From contig CT868618.1 of assembly GCA_000165425.1 (NCBI GenBank), positions 124,001 to 188,000 of the forward strand: a stretch of DNA of 64,000 bases, written 5' to 3'. Origin of the DNA: Paramecium tetraurelia (lineage: Eukaryota). A program made the translations under genes and the position numbers. Below are positions 1 through 15,500 of the stretch, in pieces; the first letter of the stretch is position 1, and every line of letters begins with the position of its first letter. Below the pieces are notes generated by a model. That model had not been told where the DNA came from and made no database searches. It saw only the letters and a program-made list of their open reading frames with translations.

Positions 1-187
1 ATCAATAATATTATTAGACCATCCATTTTTCTGGGATATTTTAGTAATTTACTATATATTTTCGAAAAAATAAATAATATAGTTCTAAGAACAGCATAGG
101 AATGTTTAGTAGCCAATTTTCAATAGAAAATGGATACATTGTTATTTTGGTCGAGGATATAAAATATGATTAATTATTTTATTTAAT

Positions 188-1463
188 ATGATTCCGTCAC
201 TTCCCTCAAGAGGCAAATAGCTTTTAGAATCACCTTTCATCTGGTTAAAAGAAAAGGCTGAAATGGATAGGAAAAGAACTGGGTATGTAAAAAGATGATT
301 TTAGAGTGCCGTCAAATATGTGGTATGTTTAGGGGAAGATATACGATTTGTCTAAGTTCTTAAAGGAGCATCCAGGAGGTGAAAACTTTTTGAAGCTGAC
401 TCAAGGATAAGATATAACAGAAATGTATTTTGCTCATCACTTAAATTTGGATAAATGTTAGGCTATCTTAAGCAAATATTATGTAAGAGAGGCAGACAGA
501 GTATAGTAATATTTTAACTTCGACTAAAATGGGTTTTATCGTACTCTCCACCGAAGAGTAGGCGATTATTTCAAAGTAAGAGATAAAGGACCATCATTGT
601 CAATGAAATTAACAGTTATATCAGCTTTATTTGCCTTCTGTTTAACATTTGGATTAACTTGTATACATCAAAGTTTTTGGTGGGCATTGTTATGTGGTTA
701 CACTTTGTTTGTTTGTTTCGGAATTGCTCATAACTTTATGCATCAGGGTGCAAAATAACCATTAAGATACATGTCAGATTTACTCTTCTTTTCGCATTAC
801 CATTGGGTTATCACGCATTGCATTTCACACCATCACTATCCAAATAGCAACATAGATTTCGAGATGACTTCAATGGAGCCCTTCTTTATTACAACCAAAT
901 CAAGGCTGCCAAATAACCGTTTTTTACCATATTACATAAACATTGTTTTTGGATTTATTAGTACGCTTTAATTTATTTCAACTATCATTTAAATTATTAA
1001 AGGTGAAGAATAACTCAGAAAAGAATACTTGATACCAGTAATAGAGTACTTCATCATCTATTCCTTTTGTTTGGATGGAACTTTAGCATTTAAACTGTTT
1101 ATGGCTATCCAATGTTTTGCCAGCTTCCTTTCTCTTAAGTATCCATTGATCATCCATCGAAACAGCTTTAATTACTCAGATGGTAGTACTATTTAGCCGT
1201 CAAATGATTATGGAATCTATGTCATATAGACCACAACCGATCATGATCTATGGATTCAATTTCCATTAAATATGTTTCTCTTTTAGAGTTTCAATCATCA
1301 TATACTACATCATATGTTCCCTACTGTTGACGAATCAAGGATTCCTGAAATCCACCATATTTTAGAGCAGACACTCAAGGATTTTAATCTATAAGACATT
1401 TTGAAGAAATATAATTTTTTTGAACTTTATAAGTCACACAACGAATTTCTTTTAGAGAAATGA
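188..1463 (+). CDS. Cytochrome b5-fused fatty-acid-desaturase-family protein (Cyt-b5-r-like)
   Basis: Ciliate-code translation with one 22-nt intron (~283-304). Heme motif YDLSKFLKEHPGG; His boxes HNFMH, HCISHH, HILHHMFP; hydrophobic segments; TGA at 1461-1463. Confidence 0.85.
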
Positions 1464-1469
1464 TGAGAT

Positions 1470-2024
1470 TCATTATATTATTAAGGATTTTATATTAGAA
1501 AACAAGTTCATTAAAATGCTTTTGACTTCTGGAAACAATTGCACTGTCTCTACTATCTCTTCTTCCTGAATGCAACTCTATTATTGGCTTTCCTTATATA
1601 GTGTGTCGTAATCTCTAGGTTATAGATTGATGACTTACTTCCCCATAATTTGGATCCATCTATATCTAAGAAACTTGTAATATCGATTCTTGACAGTGCT
1701 GAGTGATTTTGATGGAAAGTATGCAGAGATCACTTTGAATTTAGGGCCAAGTTTTAATACAGAAGAAAGAATCAGCTTATCTTCGCTTGTTGTAAACTAT
1801 TCACATGCAGGTATCCGTATTATTTTCCGTAACCCACTTCGCTTTACCTTTGAATAGAGACGTCTTCTTTTCAATCTCTTTTTTACAATTCTACTTTTGT
1901 TGTTGATTTGTTAAACTACTTTTTGTACTTCTGCTTTTGAATTTCTTCGATTGGATCTTGTTTGAGGAGGCTCAAGATCGTTGGTTTTTATCTATATATC
2001 AGTTTCTTCGCTTATGCTTGACAT
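1470..2024 (-). CDS. Myb/SANT-domain protein
   Basis: MSSISEETD...FTTSEDKLILSSVLKLGPKFKVISAYFPSKSLSTVKNRYYKFLR matches a Myb repeat; one ~24-nt intron. Confidence 0.75.
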
Positions 2025-2549
2025 GTAGAGAATCAATTAATTTTTAAGAATTTTAATAATTTAATATCTGTTTTGTGAAAATCAGTTTTGTGAATTTAAA
2101 AAGTATCCAATTTTCTGTTACGCTTGTTCCCATTAATAAATAATCTATTAAATCATGTATCTCAGGGTATTGACACTCTCTATACTACAATTTAAATAGA
2201 TGATAAATAGTTTGATTCTTTTGAGGTAGAAATATTATAAATTATATTTAAATCAAAGGGTAACCCCTTTTTTAACATAATCACTATTACTATTTTGCTT
2301 GATGAATTTATAAACGCTATTATTAATTTATGATATTAACTAATTAATAATTATAATTGCTGCTTTTGCTCATAGAGTAAAATACTGTTATACATTAATA
2401 ATTTAAGTAGTAAATTAAGTAAAATTTAGGAGGAAACTATTATTGTGATGCTGATATTATATGGCATTGGTTGTATCAGTTATGGAGATGCGAATTTGGA
2501 AGAAATTGTTGGTTTTAATTCATCTTATAATATAAAAATAAATAAATAA

Positions 2550-3200
2550 ATGGGAGGATTCTGCCCAAACTCAAACATAAAAGTACTTCCGTCGCCAGTA
2601 ATTCAAGAAGAGAATACTGTGGACCCACAAATAGAAATTGATACTCTTATTAATTAAGAAACCAATTACAAACTTAGTTTAATTCATAATTTCTCTCTAG
2701 AGAATCCCACGTTATAAACGTGTGATGAAGTAATCTTAGAAATCCTCTCCATATCAATTTCATTTATGGTTAAGGATTTTTCTGAACAATCCAACTTTCT
2801 TAAAATACAAATATAAAAGCAGATCTAAGAATTAGTTGGTCACAAAGTTGATTTTCAAGAGGATCTTCTAACCATGCTTATAAATTATTACGATTTTCTT
2901 AGTTATGTGTAGGAGAATGGAAGAACAAAGGTTGTTTCTTGGTGGAAAGATCCTGTCGGCGTAGTTGAAGTAGAGTAAGCAATAAAGCATTGGTCCCAAG
3001 AATTTATTAAGTATGGAGGCAAATTGAGGAGAGAGAAGGCCTTCAGGTAAATTACCAACGATCCCAAACCTCCCGAACGCTTTGTGAAGACTAGAGAATG
3101 GATCAAAAAACAATCAGAGGGTTAGGAAGAGGAATTGAAACCAAAAAGAGAGCAACTGGCATTAATGAACAACTTTGAAGATGGCTTTGAAGAATCATGA
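2550..3200 (+). CDS. Hypothetical protein with N-terminal MGGFC (possible acylation)
   Basis: Continuous 216-codon ORF in the ciliate code, ending at TGA 3198-3200. Confidence 0.7.
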
Positions 3201-3445
3201 TGATATTTTAGGATATGTTTAATAATATCTATTTATGAAGATGAAATACAATAATTATTCCAAAAAGTGAAAATAAAAACTGTTTATATCAAACTTTGTT
3301 TAAGTTGAAGATCATTACAATTGGAATTTCAATTTGGCTTAATTGAATTGGAAAAATACTAAAGATATATCCAAATTAATATAATCTCCTCAATTAATGT
3401 GAGTCAGACAATAAAGAATATATTTGTAATTAATATAATATAAAA

Positions 3446-3869
3446 ATGGCTATCAATAATGGTATGGTTGTTCACTTTAGAGTTAACTGTGAATTTGTTT
3501 TTCAAGGGTATTGATAATGATTAGCATAAGATGGTCCACAACTGCTGATGAAACAGGACTATTCTTCTTTGGATGTCTCATTGTAATGTTTTATTGTATG
3601 CTTCATATGAATCTATACACTGTTAAGTTAATTTTACCAAAAAAGTAAGACTCATCTTTATCATAAGTCTGATTGTCGATATCTGTTGGTATTTGGTTTA
3701 TGCACTCTCAGGAATTATGGTTATGTAATTGATAATGACGATGAATGGATGGGTGAACGTTGCTGTAGTTATAGGAAGCACCATAGGATACTCAATATAG
3801 GAATCTTGGTCATAAATTTATGAGAAAGAAAATCAAGCTCCTCCAGGTGGATGTGAATTTTGTAATTGA
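3446..3869 (+). CDS. Ctr-family copper transporter
   Basis: Two ~23-nt introns; FVFQGWST; MxxxM motif in MQLIMTMNGW; GxxxG (GSTIG) in the last TM; C-terminal CEFC. Confidence 0.85.
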
Positions 3870-4033
3870 GATCATTCATATTTTATAATGATGTATTCAA
3901 AATATTATATATTACACTTTTTGAATTAATAAAAGCACAAGGATTTTAATATAGAATACAACGAATGGGATTGACAAGAATAGGTACTATTAATAAATTT
4001 ATATTTTTTATTAAGTTTAATTGCATTATCGAC

Positions 4034-5060
4034 TCATTTGTGTCTCTTCTTTGACTTCTCTCTTCTTTTTTATTTTTTAATTGGACTCTCCTCTCTCTTC
4101 TTATGTTTTTTGACAGACTTGGATCGAGACCTCTCTCTGGGTTTCTTGGTCGGTTTTACCTCTTCTACTAAAACTAATGGACCTTGAATACCTTTTTTCG
4201 ATTTCCTTCTTTTGTCTTCCTCATCCTTCTCTACATGTTCTTCTTTAGGTTTTTTAGACAATTCTTCGCTTCTTGATCTCCTCAATTCTCCAAGACCACC
4301 ACCGAGACGACGGGGTCTCCATTTCAGAATTGTTCTACCTCTTTCGATGTCAACCACCAACTTTCTCCCATCAATACGCTTATCTACTGCATATTTATAA
4401 GCTTATTTAACACTGTTCTTGCTCTCATACTCTTTTAATTTAAGATCACCCCCTTACCAATGAATGCATAGCCTCTAGGCTTATCTTATGTGGAATCACG
4501 TATGATTCTTATTGATTTGATTGGTCCATATTCTTCAAATTCCTTACGCAGTTTTTTATCAGTTGTGGCATAATTCAATCTGCCCACGAACAAAGTTTTA
4601 TAAGGTTCAGATGTGATATTAGGATCTTCAAAGGGATTCCATAATTACAACAACTTCTTCAATTCCTCATTGTGTTGATGCTTCTTTTCCAATCTCTTTA
4701 GAATCTTGAGTGGCAATCTAGATGGCTTCACAATATCTTTATTTTTATAAATACAGCATTACCCTTCTCTCTTTCCTCCCTCTGCATCTGCTCGTACTCA
4801 TCCTCAAACTTGTCCAGCATCCACTCAGCCTTCCTCCCCAAACCCAACACTGGGTCATAGGGTCTGCACCTTGGTTTTGGCTAAGATTTAATGTGCGCTA
4901 TTTAAGGAATCACGAAAATGGGTTGCATCTAAATATGATCATAACATAATACATCAGGTGGGAAGTCAGGCTTTCTTATGTTCGTAGCCTATTGCATTTA
5001 CACTGGGTTGTTCATCATATGAGCCAGCGGCATCATAGGAGGTTGTGATTGATAATACAT
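4034..5060 (-). CDS. SNRNP70: U1 snRNP 70 kDa protein
   Basis: [27 protein letters not shown]1 [33 protein letters not shown]-rich tail; small introns. Confidence 0.95.
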
Positions 5061-5324
5061 TTTAATAAATTTATATTTATATATATATTGATTTTGAATT
5101 TATTATACTAAATATGTTCTAATTCATAAATACCATTGTTTTGGACTTAGCTTCTATTAAAATTTTGAAAATTCATAACTTTAATGAATGATAAGATGAA
5201 ACTCGTTAGAAGCCTAGTGATTTTAAACTTTGTCCAATTCATTTCACACTTATATTTTAAGTTTTATGACTGTTAGTTTAATAATTGCGATTGCATTAAT
5301 TTTATATTAATAATTCGTTAACTC

Positions 5325-6851
5325 ATGATCAATGAATAAATGTTTCAAGAACTCAAAAGCTCAAATTTCAAATCCATCATGGATAATTGCGTTTACCTAA
5401 AGAAAATATCGAATACTCTATATGGAGATGCAGAAATTTTGATTCATAAGACCTACAATATTCAATTGGTTCTAATCACAAAGATTTTCCATCGAAAGGA
5501 GGATGCCAAGAAATTGCAGGATGAAACAACTTTGAGACTGAATCTTATTTCGGAAAGAATACTTCGTTTAATTTCATATAATAGTAAAATCAATTATTTA
5601 AACTAGTAAAGGAAGTCAAAGAATTATGCGGTAGCTTCTACAGAATCTAATGGATATACGAATTTCATTCACACACTCTGCAAGACAACATCATGTACAG
5701 AAAGAAGAAAGACCTCCCCTTTACTGAGGTTGAAATCATTAATCTCTTAGAATCAATGCTCTAAGGATTTCAAATTTTTAAATCTGTCTCCATACGGCAT
5801 GGTTATCTATAACCCAAACATATCATACAGAACACTAAATCCCAAAATTTTTGCATATCCGACATCAAGTTTATTACTAAAATGACTGAGTATCAAGAAG
5901 CCTTGCAGAACATCGACTCTGTTCAACAATGCTTCTTGTCTCCTGAACTGTTAAAGGAATTACAAAAAGGTTCTTAGGAAAACTCAAGTTACGAAAAGAA
6001 TGAGATTTTCTCTATTGGTTTGATCCTTTTGAATTGCATGTTGCTTGAATATCCAGAGATTTACGATCTGCCCAATTTTGCCATCAAACAGCAAAAGTTG
6101 TGTGAATATTTGAGGGTGGCTGAATAAAGGTACTAAAGTGCCTAAATTGTTAGAGAAATGCTTTTAATTGACATTTATCATAGGTATACAATTGATTGAT
6201 AGTAGACCATCCTTAGAATAACTCATCTCTTTATTAATGCAATTGAAATTCAAAATACAAAACAGACCATCTCCAAAACCCTAGTCTAATTATATTCTGC
6301 ATATTGATCAAAGCAAAGAAAACTATTCTTCATAAGTAGATCGGAGATATGCCACTGAGAACTAATACACTTCTAATACTCCATTGAAACAAAATCAAGA
6401 ACGAGGACACTCTCGTAAAATATCACAATTAACTCCAATTACTCATCTATCGCATTCTCCTATCGTTTTCAATAAACAAGAAACCACTGAAATTTCAACC
6501 ATAAGCTAAAATAGTTACTTCCAGATGGATACGTCTAACATCAATTCAAGTCTAAGAGATCCCTATAATTTTACATATCGAGATGTTACTCCAGAAAGGA
6601 AAACCAAACCCTGTCCATCCCCATTTAAGTAAATTTCTTCCAATAATGCTCAAAATTCATCAAGAACCAATTACTTTTTTCCAACCACTAAACAAAACGA
6701 CAATTCATCCTTCTTACAATCAGAATCAATCAGTTATGATTTTGCTGAAGGAATCAAGTTAAATGTTCCGAGTTCATTATAACAAGAATTCACTAAATTA
6801 GGGAATAGAAGTAACCAATACTAGAACCAATATTAAAAGAAGTTATTTTGA
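5325..6851 (+). CDS. Protein kinase-like (probable pseudokinase) with low-complexity C-terminus
   Basis: Kinase subdomains recognisable (RHGYLQPKHI, ISDIKF, FLSPELL, NEIFSIGLILL) but HRD and DFG are degenerate; introns near 5584 and 6184. Confidence 0.75.
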
Positions 6852-7041
6852 AATATATATCTTTTAATTATAATACTTATTATACATATTTTATTTCTAT
6901 CATTTTTTTATTTTTGAATAATAATTGATTTATCTCTTTTCCAATCATTTAATTGTTTCGAATTAAAAATATTAACATATTATGAATCAATTATAAAAAA
7001 GTCAAAAATGTATTAATGTGATATATTCCATGTAATATCTT

Positions 7042-7420
7042 TCAAACGTATAGTTATTTTAGTTGTTAAGAAAATAATTTAATATTTTCTTTCACTTGAG
7101 CAATTCTCATAATTTCATTATAGTCTTGTAATAATTCATAATAAAGTTAACAAATTTTAATGACTAAATATTAATTAATTTATTTAATACTAAATTTTAA
7201 ATAAAGTTAATGACCTTCTCGGCAATAACTCAATGATATTATTGCAACCCATCTGATGAGAAGGATCTCTTCCCCATACATCTATAACATATTTAAATTT
7301 TTCATTTATTTAATTCAAAATTCTTTAAATTTAATTCTTAACTCCCAATACTCCTTAAGATAATCTTAATAAATACAATATATATGGTATTTCAATAACT
7401 GAGGTCGATTTCTTTTACAT
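7042..7420 (-). CDS. Possible small hypothetical protein
   Basis: ATG at 7420 opens about 117 codons if a 25-nt GT-AG intron is removed; no recognisable motif. Confidence 0.25.
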
Positions 7421-8307
7421 ATTTAATTTAATATAAAATGACATGAATTTTAGTCGTTTTTAGTGAGTAGAATGTTTAAGCGAGATCTCAAATTTTTGTT
7501 GACATATTTGAAAAGTATATTCATAATATCAACATACATTTACTTTAATTTTACTTGATTTCGAGATTTATTTCTTAATGAATAATTATAACTAAAAGTA
7601 ATCCAAATCAGTTAATTCATTTTATTTTGTGGTTTGAGAAGATTTTTCTAAATAATTCTAAATGAACTTTAATTACTGCAAATACGAATGATGCAATTCC
7701 TCGAGTCGACCTCAAAAGGAATTAAGATGGGCCAAAATAATATTAGTTTAATAACTATAATTACAATGATGGGTACAAATATTGATATTATATAATTCAC
7801 ATTTTGGAAATCATCATTTTTAAGTAGAGTAATTATGATTGAAGATCATTAACAAGGGCTATTTTGTATTTCAATTCCTCTTTGGCATCAATTAAACAAT
7901 GGATAGATTATTTATTTTACTTTTCTCTTTTTCCTTATTTAGAAATGCCATTTTTTTTCACTTTTTTTATTAGTTTCTTCATCTTAATGGGTTTCTATGA
8001 GATTTTGGGAGAAATAAGTTGGTAAGAAACAGTACAAATTGTTTTCAATTCTTGACAAATGAACTCAATATTTTAACTTTCTGAATTTTTCAGTTCCAAA
8101 TTTGCATAAATTGCTTTAGAAGATGGACTTGCTATTTACATGGAGACTTCTAAATGAATGGAAAATTTAATAAATTTTATTAATTAGTGAAAATATTCGT
8201 AAAATAGTGCACATTTTACGTTTGATCTATTTTTTAAAAAAGGAAATTTATTTGAATAAAATGATGTGATATATTTGATCTTATATAATTAATTTAATTA
8301 TATAAAA

Positions 8308-9447
8308 ATGACTGAAGAAATTTTAAGTCAATATTATCCCAAATATAATCCTTAGGCTGCTATTTTGAAGGACATCCTTCGAGATGGACTAGAGCAAGCA
8401 TTCGTTGGGAAATTCAAGAACAACAATGATCAAATCAACATTTCAGAATTTAAATTGAGACATCATTTCGATAAAAAAGATAATGATCATCTTTTAGATT
8501 AAATTAAAAAGAAACTCAAACTCAACAATCAAAAGGCTGAGATGAGGTGTGTTAATACAATCCAGAATATAAGGGTTGAAACTGATTTAAATTACGATCC
8601 CAAATATTTCCAAGAAAATACATTCTACATGAATTAAAATTTAGATGCCATTAAATAAAAGATTATAGAAAAAAATGTTGCAGAAAGAGTTAAAAAAACA
8701 TAGGAATTTAAATCTATGCAAAAAGCACTCAACATTTGGTTTCAACAATCATAATAGTAAAAGAATGAAGATCAAAACAAATAATAGTAATAAACAAATA
8801 AAAAATAAATGAATTCATCATCCTAAATTATTGTTAAGCAACATCAAACTGAAGGTATCTAGGTCTCTGGTATCATTACAACCAGATAAGGTTACAAAAT
8901 GACCTATCCTAATTTGGCTTACATTATCAAAGCCACAGACATTCCAGAAAGGGAAGCTTAATGTTCTTTTGTTAAGAAAATCAGACCATTATAGCAACTA
9001 GATTTCGATTAGTTAGATGATTTGAGAAGATATGTTTGGAAATATAAGCAATACACTTAATTTTTCAAAATTCTACTTAAAGTAGCATAAGGAAATCTAG
9101 AAATTTCAGAAACACTTGTTAAAACTTAATAAAGAATGAAGACAGGTTTCTATCACGTTATGACCTTTTACCATATTTCCAATAGAAGTTGGGCAATTTG
9201 TAGATTAATCAAGGATCTAAATAAAAAGGGACTATATCAAAGAGAAAGGTAGAATCTATATGAAGTAATAATACTTATCATATGAAAATAGACAATGTTG
9301 GAAAATATTCAAGAGGATCTTGAAGAAATATTCAGTCCATTATTGTTTGAATCTGATTATGTTCCGATTGAGGAATAATTCATTTCATTTGAATAGTATA
9401 AAAAGAGACTCCAAGAAGTTATTTTAATGAGAGAAAATGGAGCTTGA
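8308..9447 (+). CDS. Hypothetical protein
   Basis: Long ORF MTEEILSQYYPKYNPQ... with one ~27-nt intron near 9265; TGA at 9445-9447. Confidence 0.75.
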
Positions 9448-10107
9448 TTGGGTAGTTGATAGTATAATATTTATTTATAATTAAAACTTAATGATTTATT
9501 ATTAGAATAGTTTGAAAAATATATGATATATAATTTAATAAAAATTAGGATAGAGAGATACTCAAAACAAAAGTTAAGAAAGGTGTAATTTATAAACTAT
9601 ATTTTTGTAAATGGATAAATGTAAAATTAAAATTTAAGATGTTTTATTATCTAAAATTAATAGTTTATATTTAAATTTCTTTGAAAAATAATGAAATATT
9701 TTATAAATATTGTATTTTATTTATAAAAATTGTGCATGGTTGTTTTAAATTCTTGTTTATAAATATATCTTGCGAATATAAACTTAATGAGAATTTCAAA
9801 CAAGAACTGCAAGGGCTTCATTTAAGTAAAGAATCTTTAGTGTAAGAGAGGACTTAATATTATAATAGTGATATTTGGGAGAGAAGTATTTCATTAATGT
9901 GATTGAGTGTATAAATTTGATATTAAAGGAAAAAGTAGGTTTGGAGAAGGAATATCTTTGAAGAGTATTAAAAAAGGCTAGATTATATATTTTTAATAAA
10001 ATGGAAAACTTAAAAAGATGCAAGATTTAAAATTTTATTGTAAAGAAAGGGACCATTTATAATTTAAGCAAAATATGGATTATATGTTATATAAATGATT
10101 ATGATAA

Positions 10108-11045
10108 TCAATCTCTATCAAAGAGTCTGTCTAAAAAGCTCTTTTACTTCTATTGTGGCTATTGGGGTGCTTGTGGGTTTGGTCTTGGATTTTAAGCCTG
10201 TTTTATTAAATGATGTTATACTTATGTTCTGTCTAATGGTTATTGGGGTCTAGCTTATGGGACTGTTCTGGTTGGTATTTGAGTCTAGGCTAATGGAAGA
10301 CTGGCAACTGGAGCAGGAACATAGGAAGTTTATTAAAGTGGAGCTGGGGCATATTGAACTGGTTGTGGAGCGTATTAGACTGGTTGTTGAACATATTGGA
10401 CTGGTTATGGGGCATATTAGACTGGTTATGGGGCATATTAGACTGGTTGGACGACTGATTGAGTGACAACTTATTAGACTGGTTGGGCAACAACTTATTA
10501 GACTTGTTGTTGATGAACGACTTATCTCTCGACTGGGTAATATTCAACTCTTTCTTGATATCTGTCAACTGGGACGTATTCTGGAAATTTAAATTTTTAA
10601 ATGTCATACCTGTAAATTTTTCTTAGAAGACTTATGGTACATATTCAGTTTGATATTCAACTGCGTAATAATCGGTAACATATTTCTCTCTTGGCACTTA
10701 GATTCTTTATCTCACTTCTTCATATTCAAGCACAGTTTTCTCGTATGGAACATATTCGATTCTGCTCTCACCTTTGATTGTTGGTTATGCAACAACAGAT
10801 TGAGCAACAACTGGTTGAGCAACGACTGGTTGGGCAACAACTTGTTGAGGCACATAGGTTTAAGGGATCACTTATTGAGGTACATAGGTTTAAGGAACGA
10901 CCTATTGGACGACGGGAGGAGCATAGGAATATCTCAATGGTGAAAGAGGAGCACCATATGGTTAGGCATAGCTGGGTTGTCCATAATATGGTTGTGGTGC
11001 TTAAGGTGCTTGTTGTGCTTGTTATGATTGTGGGATATTGCTCAT
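10108..11045 (-). CDS. EPI: Epiplasmin (ciliate membrane-skeleton protein)
   Basis: P/Q/V/Y-rich arms flanking the central IKGESRIEYVPYEKTVLEYEEV...VEYYPVERQVV domain; C-terminal SFLDRLFDRD; two small introns. Confidence 0.9.
10335..10450. repeat. 21-nt coding tandem repeat (QYAPQPV-like heptapeptide) in epiplasmin
   Basis: gactggttatggggcatatta occurs twice perfectly from 10399, with degenerate flanking copies. Confidence 0.8.
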
Positions 11046-11114
11046 AATTATTTTATTTAAAAGGTGAGAGGGAAAAAAAGATATGAATTAGGCCTTATAA
11101 TTAATTAATATAAA

Positions 11115-12494
<1,380 letters not shown>

Positions 12495-12504
12495 TTTAAT
12501 AATT

Positions 12505-15500
12505 ATGATATAAATTGTTAACGATGATCTGATCCCTTAAAATATCAAGGCGAATTCTCGATTAAGGGATGCCTACATAAAGTATTAGGAGTTGGTTTCA
12601 AGAGGCAAAATCAAATTGAAAATGAACAAATAAATTAATTGCGATATAGGCTAACAACTTTATTTCTTCAAACATAAGGATGCCCTGTTTTTTCAACATC
12701 CCGATAAACAACAAGAATACTATGAAAGTTTGCTGAATAGTCTCACAAAACAAATTAAGTATTTTGAAAATATGAATTAGACCTCAGAAAGCAATTTCAT
12801 ACGAAAAGCAATTACTTTTATAAATTTAAGCTCTGAATCAACAAAAATATACACCGGATACTTTGAAGAATGAAATAACCTCACTTTTCAAAAGAAAGAT
12901 CTCTTAATTAAAGATCAGAAAACAGAGAACCTTTTAGCAGGAGGGTAATATATAAAAGCCAGAAGCCGAGTCAATTTATAAGTACAGAATACAGTGGATT
13001 GACAATTAAATAATAAATTTGAATTAACGATTGGAAAGACTTAGAATTGATGATGGGATTAAAATTTAATAAGACAATCAATAAGCATTATATAGTAATA
13101 TCTTTGTGGATGATGTTGAAATTTATTTGAGGAATAAGATTTATTTTGATAAAATCAAAATGCCATTTCGCAAATTGAAGTATGTTTTAAAATGGATGCA
13201 TTTCTTGGATCGATTTGAAATCCAAGAGAACGCAAACAAAATTGTAAATCAATTAAGAGTCCAAAATGGCGAATAGAACCAATAATACTTTAATGATAAT
13301 GTGACCAATATTGAAGGCAAATTAAACCTGAAATATTGTAAATATATGAATTTATTTAAGAAATGAGTAGAGATGTTGTACTACAATTATAAGAATATCT
13401 GAAACCACTCAAATTTTCATTGGATGAAAGTAGAATAACTTAAAGATTTGACCGTCTTCCTTTAGTAATTCTGACAGATTATGAGATGCATAATAGATTG
13501 TATTAAATAGCCTCTAAATTCCTTAAAAACCCTAGACAATTTGGAGAATAGAAACTTATCTTTCACCTATGTAATTTATAGCACATGCTTGATGGATACT
13601 AGAAGTATCTCTACGCTTGGGATAAATCAGAGAAAAATGAATACGATGGCTATAGTGGCCTATAGAAGTTAACAATAGAACTAAGTGCTTTTGATGACTC
13701 GGAAGAACTTATCAAATAGTTAAATTACCCATTACCAATTTACCCTAACTTATCACTAGTATATGTCAAAAACGATTGGAAAATGCTGTTAAATTGTAAG
13801 AATATCGTCCCCGACGAATACTAAACTTTTATGTCAAATAAATTAAACTTTGTAACTGTTGATGCCTACACAGAAAAATTGATATAGTTATTACCGATTC
13901 ATTTGAATAAATCCATGTAAGCCTATATAGATTAACAAATTAAACAAATTAGAAGTGATAATTACGCACTTTTCAATATCATTGAGAATAACGATTACAT
14001 TGAATACACAAGAGAATCTTTAAGGCTAAAGTAGATTAATGAACTTTATGAACAAATATGCAATAAAGAGATCCACTATAGACATAAGACGAAGTTCAAA
14101 TCAGACCTAGTAAAAGCATTTGAAGAGTTAATGATTGAATTGACTCCTAAAGAAACTCATTTGTAAGCCTACTTTTCAACAATGGTCTGCAAGATGAGAG
14201 AATTCCATCGCAAAATATTTTATATTGTTAATGCTCTTTAGTCAATCGAAAGGAAACTTACTTTTAATTTGCTTTCTTTGAGAGAATGCAAAGTAAACAC
14301 AACTGTGGACACCTAATTTCTGATCAAAGTTAATTAACTATAAAAATAAGATACTGCAGATCAATAAATCAATCAATTTATCAATCAAAGAAGAAATGCA
14401 GTAATTTCTTATATAGATGCTACTGAAAAATCTTCTTAGAAAGTCAAATAAAACCTATCTCCAGAACTAAAGTTTTGTAGAGTTGAAGATGAAATCTAAT
14501 ATTCAAATGAAGAACTGCCAGATGTTTTTGTCAACCAAAAGATTCAAAATCCTATCTACGACAGTACTATTGATGAATTCAAAAGGATAATGAAAAGAAT
14601 AGTTTAATCAATATCTCTCTACATCAATAAATACGAGAAAATCAGTAGCATCAAATCTATAAATCCGATAGTTGATAGATTTCAATGTGCACTTGATTGT
14701 CTAGAACAGGAAGCTATATACCAATTTTAGAAACTCAAATTGGTTTAAACTTATATGAAGATATTTGACAATACAGTAGATCAATATCAGGCATCAGAGA
14801 TAATTGAAACTATCTTTGAGATTATCCAAGCCATTCCATTGTTAGACTTAGAGTCATTTTACTTCAAAGACAGCTACATTCTTAATTAAGATTTATTGAA
14901 AAGCCAAAGAGAGTTTATGGAACTATTAATTAACAAACAATAGGAACATGAGATTGCATAAGTCAAATAAATACACGAACAATACTTGTTAATGCGGATG
15001 CAACAAGATGAGATTGAAAGAGTACTCAGTAGAGCTGAAACTCCTAAGATCGAGTAAAAGTCTGCCAGAGACTAAAGATTGAATGAACAGTATGATTATT
15101 ACAATGTAAGCAATAAGATGTCTTAAATCTTCTAAGAACTTAATACTACTAACAAACAATCTGCAGTCAATCTAAATTCTAACTCAAAAGATCTGAAAAT
15201 CATTGATCCTAATGCCATATTACTACCATTTCAAATTCTAGAGGACTACAACGGACTCAATTTTACGGAATCCTTGTATCTAGTTACTTTTATCATCAAA
15301 ACTTTCAAAAACAGCTTTCAAATGCTATTAGAATAATTCCCTCAGAATTCTATTTAGGGTTATTTAAGTCTTTAAATAGCGTCTATGAAATAGGCACAAG
15401 TATACGAATTTTAAGATTAAAAATTACCTTATGTTAAAAAATTTCATGAAAATACTTTCTTTGAATCTGAGTATGGATTGATCTAAAAGTATTTTGATAG

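Noticed and set aside
7430..8290. Long TGA-free stretches in an AT-rich spacer
   Set aside because: With a single stop codon, long open frames arise by chance; no motif or convincing gene structure.
10335..10510. Regular short repeats as a CRISPR-like array
   Set aside because: Contiguous in-frame coding repeats without unique spacers, in a eukaryotic gene.
10257..11047. Several + strand ORFs in the supplied track with repetitive sequence
   Set aside because: They are antisense shadows of the repetitive epiplasmin gene on the - strand.
12740..12875. Apparent frameshift or GC-AG intron near the start of the giant gene
   Set aside because: Resolved by a canonical 22-nt intron (gtattttgaaaatatgaattag).
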